Positions 45,915-61,376 of a stretch of 64,000 nt of DNA are shown piece after piece. Under the pieces are notes generated by a model, which was given only the letters and a program-made list of their open reading frames with translations, made no database searches and had not been told where the DNA came from. Every line of letters starts with the position of its first letter. Position 1 is the first letter of the stretch. The translations under genes and the position numbers were made by a program. The DNA comes from the human T2T-CHM13v2.0 reference genome, Homo sapiens: the NCBI RefSeq assembly GCF_009914755.1, contig NC_060927.1, one strand, 5' to 3'.

Positions 45915-46300
45915 TATCAGATTATAGAAGTCTGAATAGGGCTACGGTATGCTGCAATAACAAACAATCCCATAGTTTTGATGACTCAAACAAGAAAGAT
46001 TTCTTTCTTACTCATGTCCATAACAGGTTAACAGGGGATTCTGCTCCTTTTACTTATTCAGAGACTCAGGCTCATAAAGCAGTCACCATTCAAACATCAC
46101 AGAGTTAAAGGGTGCCCCAGAGAGACTTGCAATTAACCAGAGAGTAACCAAAGTCACCTTTGCTCATAATATTTTCTTAAAACTAGTCACATGGTTCCCA
46201 CACAGATACAATAGAACCATGAAATCATGGAATTCAATCCGACCATGACCTCAAAAAGTGAAGAGATGGATATATTGGGAGAATTTTGATAATGACGACC
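45915..46300 (-). mobile_element. Old MLT1 fragment
   Basis: tatgctgcaataacaaaca..tttcttactcatgtcca..actagtcacatgg. Confidence 0.55.
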
Positions 46301-47501
46301 ATGTGAGAGCATTCTGGCTACACCTGTATCTTCCCAAAGGTATGTAAATATGCACACACATACACACGTATATACATATGTGTAGCAATGAGAAATGTCA
46401 CCTGGGTGGTGTCTACCTTTGAACATTGTTTCTTGTGTCAACACATTAGCATCATTTCGTTATTTATCTACTCAGATGGCCTAATCAAACCAGAAACCTT
46501 CAAGAAATCCAAGATAGAGTTTTAAATATTTCTTTAAATGCGGTTATCTGTACACACAAAAAGAACAATCATACCAAGAAGACAGTATATTTTTTAAATT
46601 ACATAAAATTATTTTCTGTAAGAATAATTGGGTACTATGCTGCTAAAGAGAAGCAGTTCCCACATTTCACTGGGAAATGAGTACCCTATTTTTATAAAGG
46701 GATAATCAAGGTTTAATTTTTGCTTGGAAAGACAGAAAGAGAAAGAGAATGTTTGCACAGACTGCTACTGCCACAAGTCTTCTCCCTGAACGGTTTCCTC
46801 TAGCTATATTTTTAATGCATTGGCTCCTTTCCAGACTTCTTTAGATTACGTAGTGAAGTACTAGAAAAAATGCAGTGTTTTCACCTTGAACTTCTAGTAA
46901 AGACGCCTTTAATTTTTTTCCTAAGCCTCTTCCTTCCCAAAGCCAGACAAGTTTTCTTTTGTTGCAATCAGACATTTATTTCCTCAATAAATTCAGAATT
47001 CTTAGCACCCTAGAAATTAATTATACAATGAAAGTATTAATGACACAGTTGAAAATTTTACTTGTATGCTTGTACCAACATTTGTTTCTATACGATATAT
47101 TTTTTTTCTAATTAACACCTTCCAGTGTCTCTGGTTAACTCATTGTTGCTCTTTCATCCCACTCACAACTATTTTGAGAAGGTTAAGTCCTATGGATAAT
47201 TCCATGGTAACATTCATTAGTTTTCTCCTGACTAATTTATTTAGAGCCAGTGAGTCCGAAGTAACCCTTTTTCTAATGCAAGAACCTGTCTTTTAGAGCA
47301 AAGCTTCCATTCTGTATTTTCTTTCTAAACCAGGGCACGTCTCCGAGCATCTCAAGGGAACAAGTTTCTAGAATTAGTTTTGCCTCTTCTTTTGAACGTT
47401 AAACTGAATCAGCTTTCCCTGAGCTGCCATTTTGGTGCTAGATTCTTGTGCCACTTGGATTCTTGTGGATTCATGCATAGTCTAAATTGGTATAAATTCC
47501 T

Positions 47502-47700
47502 TGTCTCAATCTGATCCTGCTGCTATAACAAAATATCTTAGACTGAGTAATTTATAAATAATAGAAAGTTAATTCTCACAGTTCTGATGAAGGTGAAGTG
47601 GAAGATCAGGGTGCTCAGCAGGTTCAGCATCTGGTGAGGGCACAGTCTCTGCTTCCAAGATAGAACCTTGAATGCTGCATCCTCCTGAGGGGACAAATGA
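47502..47700 (-). mobile_element. Truncated MST LTR
   Basis: tgctgctataacaaaatatcttagactgagtaatttataaa..tctggtgagggc..cttccaagat. Confidence 0.8.
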
Positions 47701-47751
47701 CACCGAGAGAGTAGAATAGAGTGGAATTCTCTGAGAGGTAGTAGAATAGAG

Positions 47752-48600
47752 TATGACTAGTGTGAGTGTGATTGTGTGGGACCATGTGTGAGTGTGACTG
47801 AGTGTGACTAGGTGTCAGAAGGACTGTGTGAAACCAGGTGTATTGGAACGGTGTGGGACCATATGTGAGTGTGACTAGGTGTGAGTGTGAGTGGGTGGGA
47901 CCATGTATGCATGTGACTGAGTGTGACTAGGTATGCATAGGACTGTGTGAGGCTAGGTGTATTGGAACTGTGCGGGACCATGTGTGAGCGTGACTGAGTG
48001 TGACTAGGTATGAGTAGGACTGTGTGAGTCTAGGTATACTGGAACTGTTTGGGACCACATGTGAGTGTGACTAGGTGTGAGTGGGTGGGGCTGGGCATGA
48101 GTGAAATAAGCGTGAATAAGTGTGGGTAGGACTGGCTGTGCCTGAAGTTTGTGTGAGTGGGTGTGACACATGCCCAGTGTGTATATGAAGTGTGTGAAGG
48201 GCACTGAGGATGAATGAGACATTGTACCTGAGTGAGAGGGAAGGAGTTCCTGAGGGAGTGACTGCATTTGAGGGACTGACTGTGCGACTGTGAGTGAGCT
48301 GACTCTGGTGTGCATATGGGTAGGGCTGGGTGAGACCGAGTAGTACTAAATGGAAGCCAGTGGGGTGGCTGGTCATGAATGTGAAGGAGTGTGAGTGTGA
48401 AGGGAACGACCAGGAGTGTGAGTGAATGGAACAAGTGTGTATGGTTGGGCGAGAGTGAGTGGGGCTGAGTAAATGGAGGACACTGAGCGTGAGTGATTGT
48501 GGGAAAGTGGGGATGTGAGTGTGGATGAGTGTGAGGCTAAGTGAGTGCACAGTCCTAGGCACATGTAAATGGAACTCAGTGTGTCTGTACACACGCCAGT
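47752..48600. repeat. TG/GAGT-rich minisatellite and degenerate low-complexity tract
   Basis: GGGACCA anchors at 47778, 47855, 47897, 47974 and 48051 (spacings 77, 42, 77, 77), then degenerate (GTGA)-rich sequence. Confidence 0.9.
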
Positions 48601-49438
48601 GCCACTGGAGGTCAGAAAGGAAGTGGGCTGAAATCAAGAAGGCATTTAGGGATTAGGGGACACAATGAAGTCAGAATCGAAAGCAAGGAAGCCGCTAACC
48701 TGGCAGGAACCAAAATGACACAATTATTGAAGAATAAGTCAAGGAAAAGACTTTTTAAATATCATAAGAACAGGAGGACAAGGTGAGAGAATTAGGTTAT
48801 CACATAAGCACTTGGGCTCTATCAGGACAGAAACCAAGTAAATGCCCAGGTAGCTGACCTGACATTCTAGCTACAGAGAGAAATGTTCTTAAATGCCTAT
48901 TCATAGAGAACTGACTAATTCCAGGGCAAGGATCCCTCAGTGCTCACTTGTGAGACTAGGGAGATGACTGAAAGCCCATTTAGGGTGAGATGAAGTTTTG
49001 ATAAAAAAGTCATTTAGTTAATTGAGCTTCTTATTGTATCTCTTCTTGCCTCCAATATCCATAAAAACTTCAAAAATTTCATGCAACACACCAAAGAGGT
49101 TTGGCTAGGCAGCCCAGTCCTTGAAGTCTTGCCTTTCCTTCCATCCCAGAGTAGTGTGCATCCTATTCTGCTATGGGCTGCCCCTGGGAAGGCACTGAGC
49201 GTGACTGTGTGTGAGTGGGACAGTGTGGGACTACTGGGAAGATAAGTCTGATAAAAACTACTCCATTATCGGAGCCTGTTCTCTTTCTTTCAGGCTCACT
49301 TATGTTACAGAACTAATTTCTTACAATTAAAAATGAGAGATTATTTGACGAGTAAACAAAGAAACTAAATTCAAAGATTGGGTCATACTTGTAAGTCAGG
49401 ATAATAAGGATTATAACTTATAAGTTGCATAAAGATTA

Positions 49439-49778
<340 letters not shown>

Positions 49779-50736
49779 TCATATATAGTAAATAACCAAA
49801 ATATTAGTATGTCTGCTAGATAATATTCTATTGAAATCAAGGAATACAATATAATGTATAATATATAATCATCTAAGTGTGAGTGGAGCTGAGTAAATGG
49901 AGGGCTGAGTGACAAATCAAAGGGTAGCCAAGTTTCATACCATGGATGGACTGCCAGAGGAGTCTAACAAGCCCCAAAATCATATGCAAAATTTGATTAT
50001 GCCTTTTCCTGGATGAAGCATCCATAAAGCGTTCAGAATCTCAAAGAGAACCTCTGACCACCACCCCCAACCCTACCCTTATGGACTGCTATTTTAGAGG
50101 TTACTCACTTGTACAGACATTGAGTTCCTTGTGCGAATTCTGTCTTAGTGATTTCACTAAAGTTGTTCCTGCTGCTTTTGCTAGTGCTGATCTAGGCCTT
50201 GACCTTTTGAAACTTAGAGAAACTTTTGCAGTGGGGATCCGCCATCTTGTCTAGCCACCATCCAGGACACAGACATGGCTTCCGTTCGTGAGTCTCTATT
50301 AAATGTTTCTTTCTAAGAAACTGGATTTGTCATCCTCTTTCTTTAGCCTGTCAGCTGCCATGGACTTGGGGGTAGGTTTGCATAGACCTGGCTACCACGA
50401 AACATGTGGGGAGCCAGATCAGGAGCTGAAAGACCAAGAAATGAGCAAAGGGAATGAAGCATCCATGGGGGAGGTCCTAGGTGGCTGTCACTTCCTGGAA
50501 TGGTGTGACTCACCTTTCAGACACTTACGCATGAGTACGGGACACGTCAAAAACATAGGCACGTTTAGAGCGACTGTCAGCGGAAAGCTGTCCATCACAT
50601 GCACTAAGGAAGGGCAGCTGCTGCAGTGGATGGCTGCTTCTGTGAGGTGCTCTTTTGACAATGAGAGCCCTGCTAGCATCAGAAGCAAAAGTAAAACGGT
50701 TTGAGTAGGAATTACAACTAGGAAAAAATTTTTTTT

Positions 50737-51137
<401 letters not shown>

Positions 51138-51568
51138 ACACGTGTTGTTATAAGGCCTCTGTTTTTTCTCTGTTAAACTCTGTCAACTGAATTCTGTTTC
51201 TCCATTTGCTTCTGCCTGTCCCTCTTTTTTCTTGCCACTCTCAATGCCACATAAAAGACCTAAAAAAAAAGGAATTTCTGACAGCCTAGACTCCCTTGGG
51301 AGAAAACAGAAAACGCACCACAGACTCCTTTTTGCGAGGAGCCTCTGTTTTTCTTAATGGAACCCCAAGAGTTGCATAGCAGACATTCTTTCCAGGTCTA
51401 AAACTCTTCTCTCTTTTGTATTGTGTTATCTGATTTCTTTGGCTTTTGCGGGGATGTGAGTGTTCTGCCTTCCAATAAATATTAGGCCCTAAAAAACTGC
51501 ATACTTTTTTAGCCCTTTTCCTTAAAGGGCTCCACTCTAAAGTCAGTAATTGAATTAAGAAACAAACT

Positions 51569-51876
51569 GGCCAGACGCAGTGGCTCACGCCTGTAATCCC
51601 AGCAATTTGGGAGGCCAAGGCAGGAAGATTGCTAGAAGTCAAGAATTCAAGACCACCCTGAGGAACAAAATGAGACCACATCTCTACACAAAATGTAAAA
51701 ATTAACTGGGCTTAGTGGTGCGTGCCTGTAGTGCCAGCTATTCAGGAGGCTGGGGTGGGAGGATCACTTAACTAAGTTCAAGGCTATAGTGAGCTATGAT
51801 CACACCACTGCACTACAGCGTGGGTGACAGAGCAAGACCTTATCTCAGAAAACAAAACAAAACAAAAAAAGAAAAA
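51569..51876 (+). mobile_element. AluJ
   Basis: J-type Alu flanked by AAGAAAC(T)AAACT. Confidence 0.92.
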
Positions 51877-52684
51877 AGAAACTAAACTGAAAATAAGATG
51901 TGTCATATGCATGTGATATTTCACTGCCAAAATATATGAAAGAACTCAGAAAAAAATAGAAATGGCTTTTAGCTGCTGTGACTTTAGTAATCTTTGGTAA
52001 ATGAAACTAGTTTCCAAATGTTTTTCAGTAACTTAAAATCTTAAAGTCATATTATATTAAATAGTCATAGGTTATTCACTGGAAATTGGGGTTACTAAGA
52101 GTTAAAATAGTAGTTAATCCATGTAATTAAAACTACTAGATATAATTCTATATACAGAATGTATAAAGAAAGATGTGCTTTGGTAAAGAAGGTTATAAAG
52201 GAACACAGATGTATGGTTTTGGCTTAAAGGAAAAATAATTTTGCCTAGTTTAGAGGTTATTTAAAGGTTGTTTCAAAAAGAAGGAGAAATGATATGATAT
52301 GGAGAATGAGGAGCTTTTGATTCCTAGCTGGCCACATGGTCACCCCGGTATGGCGCAGCAGCTGTGCGGCATTCAGTTACTAAAGGTAAAAGTTAGCAGA
52401 AGAATTCAGGGATGGATCAAACTCTGGGAAGCTGGTTCTCTGACTGCATTAGGAAAGGCACACAAAGAAGCAGAAAGTGAAATATTTAATTCCTGTTATT
52501 GTTATCTCTAACAGCTGAAATGAAATTAAAAGAGAGCACTGGGTTGGGTCTTGAGGCTGAACCAAGCTCAGATGTGAGTCTGTCTGAGCTCTGGCTCCTA
52601 GCCTCAAAACTACCCATGAAGGGGAAAATTATGGCAGGGACAAAAGAAAGTACCTCTGAGACCTATGGTTACCATGAAAGTACT

Positions 52685-52818
52685 CAGGACTTCAAGGCTA
52701 CAGTGAACCATGATTACACCACTGCACTGTAGCCTGGGTGACAGAGCGAGACCCCATCTCTGAAAAAAAAAACAAAAACAAAACAAAAACAAAAAACACA
52801 AAGAAAGAAGAAAAAAAA
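52685..52818 (+). mobile_element. Heavily 5'-truncated Alu
   Basis: 3' end of right arm plus long A-rich tail. Confidence 0.88.
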
Positions 52819-54792
52819 GCTCAGTTGAAAACAACATGTCATGTGTATATAATGTGTATGTATGTGAGTATCTGATATTTCATGTGAGGGAAGGGCAAAA
52901 CCAAGTAACGACTGAAACCAGAAGGTATAATGTGAAAGAACTGGTCTATTTTGAAGATCGGTATTATCCGCTTCCTAAGGAACTGAAATGGATTGTGAGA
53001 GTAATAATTTAGGGGCCGTATCTTTGGTTTTAAATGCTGCAGAGTAGAAGAGCCTGTTTGGGTTGATGCAGGACCCACAGTTCACTATTGGACAATCACA
53101 GGTGGCTATAAATAATCCAGACACAGGAGGCTACTCCAGAGGCAATAGCTGGCCTGATGGACTGGGTAAAAGACATTTGTAAGGTCTGTGTATCCTGAGA
53201 AGGGGGATTTCCCAACTTTCCCTATAAATGCCCAATTGAGCACCCTAGATGAAGCAACTGATATGCTTTGTATGCAAGCCAGGTGGAACTGGCTTTATGA
53301 TGACAAGGATATTCACCTGCTGAATATGCCCTTTACCCAGGTCATGTCAAGTACTGTAGTTAAGGGGTCCCCTCCTGCACGGGCACACCATTGCTGCTAC
53401 AAACTGAAAGACAGTTAAGGAAGCTGTATCAAATGTGCTGGTTTAACTTCCCCTCATCTGTTTTACAGACACTAATAAAAACATTAGGATAATTAACAAC
53501 AGCATGGGGAAAAGCAAAATATAAATATATAATCCAAGGACTCATCCTAGGAAGGTGAAACATTTTAACTGCTTATTAAAAAGTAAGGTTTTTTTAAAAA
53601 AAAAAAAAGTTGATAGGGGTAAAACTAAGAGAAAAAAGAAGGGGAGGGTCATGGGACCCATCCCAGCAGGTTGGGAATCTTTAGTTGGTTATTAAGAAAT
53701 GGAATGAAATAAATGGAAATTTATGAGGTAAAACAAAGACCTTAACACACTATCAAAGGTTGAGTGGACCAAAGAGAGCCCCTGCTGGGCCCCCAATATT
53801 AGAGAGCCTCAAACCAATTTTCTATGTTTACCCCAGATTGGAGAAATATTTAAAAAAAAAAAAATCAGAAGGCAAAGGTTACAGTAAGAAAGCTGACCAA
53901 CAACTACCTGGGCCAGTGTTGAGGCAGGTAAATCAAAACAAAGATTGACAAAAGGGCCTGAGTTCCCTAGCTCAATCCCTTGCTGGGAACCCAAATCCTT
54001 TTTCATCAGAGGGTAAAATGGGAGTGGAAAAGAGAAGTTCCTGGAAACAGAAGATAAAAATTTAGGGTTGATAAAAGTTGAAATGTTTAAACAGGCTTTA
54101 TGTAAAGTAGTTGGGTATTCTTTAACTAAACCTTTTATGAAAACAGATGCTGTATCTAACCAGGGAACGCTTCCCCTACCTAGTACTGTAAACAAAGAAG
54201 GCATGTCAATCTTCCCTTTGAGCAATATTAATTGGACATGCTAAATGGGAATTAAGACTGCCTGAGCCTACAGAGTGTAGAGTAGAAGCTGGAGTGTTGG
54301 TCAAAATGAATTCTCCACCAAATAGCTGTTTGTGGAGCATTTACTGGGGCTTATGGCAGAAGTTTGTGAGCCCCTCTCAACAATGACTACTGGCACTTTG
54401 GACTAGAGAATTTCCACTTGGGGGGCATTTACTGCCTTGCTATGGGACATTAAATGAAGCTACTCCTGTGCTAATGGGGATAGCAATGGCCAAAAGAGTT
54501 CCATGAGAAAATGCAAGTGGTTTATAAGATCTTGCTACCTGGGAAGTGCAAGGAAGTGACAGTCATAAGCAGAAAGCCTTTTTCCACAGGACTAACTGTG
54601 GAACTGTGTGAGGAGCCACTGGATTCCACAGTGCCTGATAAACAGGTCTCACTTGACTGACAAAGAGCTGCTTGATTTGTGGATGGCAGTTCCCAGGTGA
54701 ATGGACAACATTCTGTTTGGAAGGCTGCTACTCCAAATGACGAAGAATCAAGGAAATCTTTCTTTCTTTTGAGCTATTTATAGCTTAGAGAA

Positions 54793-55222
54793 TGTTAAAG
54801 CAAACTAGATATGGCCTGAGAAGCACTCCATACTTCTATATTTGAGTCCTTATGGATGAACTGCAACCTAGCTTAATAGGTAGACAAGATTGAAAACCTA
54901 ACTTAGGAGTATGCACCTGTAACAGTCACTGAGTCTTGGCCAATCCCAGCAGCCGTAATTCAACCACGCACACACTGCTGAGTGTTCCAGTTGTGTTCAA
55001 ATAAGGCAACTGCAGAGCTGTAACCAATCCAATTGTTTTGGTACCTCACTTCTGATTTCTGTACATCACTTCCCTTTTTTTTTGTCTATAAATTTGTTCT
55101 GACCACGAGGTATCCCTGGAGTCTCTCTGAAACTGCTGTGATTCTGGGGGCTGCCTGATTCACAAATCTTTCATTGTTCAATTAAACACTAATTTAATTC
55201 AGCTGAAGTTTTTATTGTACCA
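54793..55222 (+). mobile_element. MER57 solo LTR nested in the ERV
   Basis: tgttaaagcaaacta..atggcctgagaag..tgtgttcaaataaggcaa..gagctgtaaccaatc, with 4-bp TSD AGAA on both sides. Confidence 0.88.
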
Positions 55223-55583
55223 AGAAGTTGAGTATTTTTTCAAATACTCAAAAAGAGCAAAATTTACCTTTTTCTCTACCTGAGTTCTCCAAAATTTGGA
55301 AACTATTCAGGAGTATTCTTATTTTGTGGCAATCTAGTTATTTGCATAAATTCAGTAAGAATGTGTTTTCTTTTATAATGGAACACAATTGGAGACACTG
55401 GTTATTTTTCCAAGGCTTTGACTGGAATAGCATATTTTCAGATATTATCAGATTGCTTTTAGGAATTGAAGTCAACTTTATAGAGCCAATAAAAAGCCCC
55501 TTGGAAAGACTAGCCTGGTATCTTGTTTAAATTGTTCCATTACAAGGTTCCTGATCTGTGGTAAGTAAAGAATGTCACTTTCT

Positions 55584-55874
55584 GGCTGGGCGTGGTGGCT
55601 CACGCCTGTAATCCCAACACTTTGGGAGGCCAAGACAGGCAGATCATTTGAGGTCAGGAGTTTAAGACCAGCCTGGCCAGCATGGTGAAACCCCATCTCT
55701 ACTAAAAATACAAAAATTAGCCAGGTGTAGGGGCAGGCGCCTGTAATCCCAGCTACTCAGGAGGCTGAGGCAGGAGAACCACTTGAAGCAGGGAGGCAGA
55801 GGGTGCAGTGAGCCAAGATCACGCCACTACACTCCAACCTGGGCAACAGAGCAAGACTCTGTCTCAAAGAAAAA
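55584..55874 (+). mobile_element. AluS
   Basis: 17-bp TSD AAAGAATGTCACTTTCT at 55567-55583 and 55875-55891. Confidence 0.96.
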
Positions 55875-56272
55875 AAAGAATGTCACTTTCTAACAGGCTC
55901 AGGAACCTCAAGATATTTTGGGACCTTGAGAAGAGAGGCATTACAAGCACAGTTTGATGGCAAATCCTTGGCTTGGCTTCTTGCCTTGAGGCTTTTAAAA
56001 AGTCAAATCTGAAATTTCTTATAAGAGTTCCAGCAAAGCCAACTTAAAAAGAGCCTATGTGGCCCATCAGTATTCTTGCTACACTTTACACAAATAATCA
56101 GGCCAAGTATAATAAAACTAAAATTTATTGTGAAAATAAATTTGTCCTAATATGGTTTATCCTTGGTAGAAATGGGGAAACTATAGAGAGAAAAACTTAG
56201 ATGCTAGCCCTAATCATTGTTTTGGAGTTATCAGTTGCCTAAAATTTGAGCTAATCCTGAATTATTTTTTGA

Positions 56273-56696
<424 letters not shown>

Positions 56697-57710
56697 TCAA
56701 ATTCTCTTTTGATTTTAATCCTGGTATGCATTATAATTCTACTACTCAAATTATTAATATCTCTCTCGTTGTTTTACTTCTTCTGAGAAAACTGAAGTCA
56801 CAGTATTTCAAAAACTGGAGATGATTCAACAAAGCCTGGGAATCTCCCTCATTTGGAATCTCAGTTGGCCTGCTCTGTTTTCCATTGCCAACATACTACT
56901 GCTAAACCTATACCATATCAAGCATCTTCCCTAAAGGCTCAGGGACCATCACAGAAGAGGAAGGCAGATGAAACTGTAAGAGCTGAATTAGGGGATGGAG
57001 TGTGGAAGCCAAAGCCACTCCATCTTGGATGCTAATCTACCATATTGACTTCTGATTAACCCCAGTTCCAGGAAGACCTCTAAAATTTCCAGTTTATCTC
57101 TTGTTCCTTGTGTAAGAGTAGGTACTTACCATAAATTCTGCCCTTGGGTGAAATGACCTTGATGTTCTTGTACTTCAACTGTCCTACACATCCCTTCTGA
57201 ATCAACATTTCCCTAGGTTATGTAAGTCCTGGGTCTGGGGGTTTACAGTGCGGAGATCCACGATTTTGTCTCACAGCTGCCTGGCACACAGACATGTCTT
57301 CTGTTCATAAGTCCTTATTACATCTTTCCAAGAAAAAAGAAAAAAAAAGCTTCTACAATCCTTAAAGTCACCCTCAAAGGAGGAAAATATGAAGAAGAGG
57401 GAATTTGCCACATATCCACATTAAAAGCCATAAAATATGTTCAGTTTATCTGTATATATAATTTATGTTGTACCAGCTTCCACAGCAGCTAGTTCTTTAA
57501 AATATTCCATTCTTTTAGCACTTAGGTGTGTTCATTTGATCACCTTACTTTCAGGCATGGATATTTCCATCATTTGTTCATTTTAAATAACAGTCTTTGA
57601 AAATAGAAACAAGCACCTCCACCACCCCCCACCCCCACTGCCACTGTCCATTTCTTTTTTCCTGGGTTGCAATAACCAAGAGGGAGTTATGTCTACTTTA
57701 ATAGTATATA

Positions 57711-57880
57711 TAGAGGTAGATACAGATTTTGTGGAGCCTGAGGCTTATACAGTTTTGGGCTTCTCTTTTTTTAAAAAAAGAATAAATATTATGAATACCA
57801 TAAAGGACTCTCTCTGGGCCTTGGGTAAGTGAGGGGCCCCAGAGGCTAAGTGTCATTAGCATCATCCCGTGAGAATACAT
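57711..57880. mobile_element. MER53-like hAT fossil
   Basis: ttttgtggagcctgaggcttataca..aagtgaggggccc..cattagc. Confidence 0.7.
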
Positions 57881-58239
57881 TCACGAGGAGAACAAACCTG
57901 GTTAACTTTTTAAGGTTGGGGTTAGGGGTTAATCTTGGCCATTTTGCTTTAATTTGAAAATACGTCTGACCTTTAGAAAAGGTACCTGGCTTTTCTAACT
58001 GATTTTTCTTTTAAAATCATTTTTTCAACATGAACTTGAGAGATGCTATGGTTTGAATGTATGTGTTCCACTAAAATTTATTAGAAGCTCAGTGAGCAAA
58101 ATTCTTTCTCCTTCAAACGCTCTAGAAACTACAGAAAAGAACAGTTGAGTCTTACATTGATATGGAATACAGTTTTCTACCTAATGCAGAAACCTCCTCT
58201 ATACAATCTTGGAAAGTGATCATCTATCCCTTTATTCGT

Positions 58240-58920
58240 AGTATTCAAAATTCCATTTCCTTAATTCATAAAATTCAAAAAACATCTGAGGATCTATCAC
58301 ACATGAAGCAGTCTTCTGTGTGTCAATGTACAGTGGTGAACGTGAAGTACACAACTTCCTTCTCATAGGATTTCATTCTAGTGAGGGGAAGAAAAAGGAC
58401 AAAGAGGAAAAGTCAAAGAAAGTCATTTTGGATCATGATAAATGCTCTGAACGAGGGCTGGGAGATGCCCTTAGAGGAAATGGTATGTAGACTGAAAAAT
58501 GAGAATATGAAATATCATGGGAACAAGATTCAAAGCCAGTGTGATAGCCCTGAGACAGGAATGAGCTTCACATATTAAAGTGAAGGGATGCCAGGGAGCC
58601 ACAGATCAAGTCTCCCCTGGAGCATTAGAAGTGTGTGGGGGCACGTGATAGCAAGGGGGTGTTGCTGGTATTTTGTGAACAGGGGCAAGGGATGCTAAAT
58701 ATCTAGCAGTATTTGAAAAAGCTCCAGAAGGAATTTTCCCAACCAAAATACCAGCACCTCCGTCAAGCAGCCCTGACAGAGAATAGTGAGTATAGAGAAA
58801 TTGATAGACAGAAGGTCAGAGAGCTAGACAGGAGACACATTAGATAGGGCTTCAGGGCCACAGTAAAAGTTTAGATCGTTATCAGAAGTGTGACAGAAAT
58901 CATTAAATGCCTAGTAAGCA
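58240..58920 (-). mobile_element. L2 fragments (with a MER20-like piece at ~58640-58775)
   Basis: ttaattcat..acagtggtgaac..cattctagtgagggg; diverged. Confidence 0.5.
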
Positions 58921-58999
58921 CAGAAATGTTTTTGTAAGTTCTGGGGACAGAAACATAATGCCTTCATACAGCATTCTATTCCACCTTGGAGTCCAGATT

Positions 59000-59070
59000 T
59001 TTTGTTTGTTTGTTTGTTTTTATTTTTTATAGAGACAGGGTCTTGCTATGTTGCTCAGGCTGGTCTTAAA
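59000..59070 (-). mobile_element. ~70-bp 5'-truncated Alu monomer (FLAM-like)
   Basis: agagacagggtcttgctatgttgctcaggctggtc. 15-bp TSD CTTGGAGTCC(A/G)GATT at 58985-58999 and 59071-59085. Confidence 0.88.
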
Positions 59071-59286
59071 CTTGGAGTCCGGATTCTTAGAGGATTCCTT
59101 TTACAATTAGCTTAAGTCAGACTCTTTGTAATTTCCACTTAAATCTCTAGTACCACAAAAGAAAGCCCCAGAAAATGTCTTTTCCATCTTTGTTTTCATC
59201 TCCACCTTCACACTCCACTACAACCCAGTCTCTAGGACCAGATCTATGCTTAGTAGAGGGAATTCCACAATTCACTCCATTCATAG

Positions 59287-59750
59287 TGTTACTGAAACAC
59301 CCAGGGGTTCCATCTAGGTCTTGTTGCTCACCATACAGACAACCAATCACTGAGACAAAATGAGTATTGCCAAGGAAGAAGACTTTATTTGGATACTGCA
59401 GCCAAGGAGATGGGAGATCAGTCTCAAATCCATTTCTTCAACCAACTAGAATTAGGGGTTTATATAGCAGGGAAGAATGGCAATCACATGCAGGTTAACA
59501 GAAATTAGGGTGGGGTAAGGATATCATGAGGGATAAAGGGTCTGATTTCTCATTATCTGGATGTGGTGGTCTGGTGAGTTTCAGTTCCTTGATACCATCT
59601 GGGAGGCCTGAGGGCTGGTTTCCTCAAGAAGGAACTCAGATAAGACAAAGATAATTTTATCAAGTTTTAAGACTGGGAAAGTCCATTTCTATGTTTATTC
59701 AAAAAAAAACCCATAAACATCAGTTCTATGGGACAACTGGGCAGGTTTCA
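59287..59750 (-). mobile_element. LOR1 (ERV1) solo LTR
   Basis: Reverse complement starts tgaaacctgcccagttgtcccatagaactgatgtttatgg. Near-TSD ATAG/ACAG. Confidence 0.85.
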
Positions 59751-61376
59751 ACAGGTCCGTGTCTCAAGTGAAAATGGGATGTTTTTCCTACTTCCTTGTT
59801 TCCTTCTTTTCCTCCATTGCTGTCCCTAGTTCTTAGTCACTGCCTGCTAGAACTCAGTCCCCACATTGTATTCCAGATGACTACTTCTACTTGAATTGAG
59901 GGTCCACAATTGACAACTGTCAGGAACCCCAATTCTCCTAAGAGTAGACCCTACTTAGTTTTGGTTTTACTTTCAGCATTCAAGTCCTGCCCCTGAACCC
60001 TAGGCCCACAGCAGATGTTCTGTTACTTCCAGGCAGACTTTCCTAATACCCACCATATGACTACCTGGCTGCAAATCCACATATCACCTTGTTGCCAGAC
60101 ATGTCTGTATTCATGCTGTGCCCATCTGCTGAGACACCCAGAAGGGAAGCAGGCTGTTGTAACAAGAGCAGTGATTTAGGTGTTAATTCTAATACAACAG
60201 TTTACTAACTGGAAATTTTCTAAAATCTCTTAGAGCTTTGGTTTTCTAAAGCGGTGATGATGGTGATGATAATAATTCCTCCCTCAAAGCTCTGTAATGA
60301 ATAAATGAACATGATGTAGGCGTTCCAATATAACTAATGTGATCATCTTTATTTATAATTGCTGGACCTCCCTAATCAAAGCCAAAAGCTGCCACTTATC
60401 ATGAGGTGCACTGGATTCTGTGACCTCATTGTCCTTTTTCTTCCTAAACCTCTGCTGCATGCTAGTCAGTGTGCCCATTTATGGTTCTGGTCCCCTGTCT
60501 TTGAAGATGTGAGCTTTAAGCCAGGACTCAATAGCCTTGCTACTGAGTTAACCAAGAAACAAAAGACTATTGAGCAGGAAACGGTGGGTGTACACAGAAA
60601 GAGGTAGATGCTTAGAGGTATTCTTGGAATGCTAAAAAGGTAGAGTAATCGCTGAGGGTAAAGCTAAATGGGGGGTTGAGAAGGAGAAAATAGCAGGGAG
60701 TGGGAAGGGAGAACAAAGCAACTCTTATCCTCAATTATCCCGGCAGTTCTGGGCTTGGCTACATTAGCAAGATTCTTGTTTAGATCCTCATTTTGCTTTG
60801 GCTGTAGAGGCCTCTTCTGGTGGGATTTCAGGGTATTTTATAACCCATCATCCCACCCCTCTCTCCTGTGGTTTTAACTGATGTGGAGGAAGGGAACTAT
60901 TTAGTGAAATTAGGTCCTTTCAATATAACACAGCTGCTTTTCTTCATAGAGATTTACTTTTGACAAGTAATTTATATTGCTTTCAATTACTATGGCATAC
61001 TACTGGGGGCTAGGGGAGGAAGGAATTGGAGACAAGATTGCTTGGGAGTGTTTTAATGTAGTTTGTTGTAACAGGTGGCCTGAAGAACTGCTGATTTGAA
61101 GCTATGCCACAGCTGTGCTTAGCTGGCTTGACTGCTGCAGAAACCTAACTGAGCCTGGACCCGGGTTAACACAGGTGCACAGAGTGAACAGCTGTCTCTT
61201 TTTTTAATTAGGGGAAGGAAGTGAGCACAGATTTGAAAAATAATATTATAAGAACCAGAGTGCAAAGGGATGATTTACTTCCACTTCATTTTATTATTTG
61301 TTATAAATGGTTTATAAAAACACACTGAGTGAATTTAATAATGCCTCTTTGCAGGGTTTTCTCCAGCGTCGCTGAC

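Noticed and set aside
47776-48090. CRISPR-like repeat-spacer array
   Set aside because: The intervening segments are themselves repeated rather than unique spacers. The context is primate and there are no cas genes.
48004-48637. His/Thr/Ser-rich ORFs of 103-188 aa
   Set aside because: By-products of the (CACT)-rich low-complexity strand.
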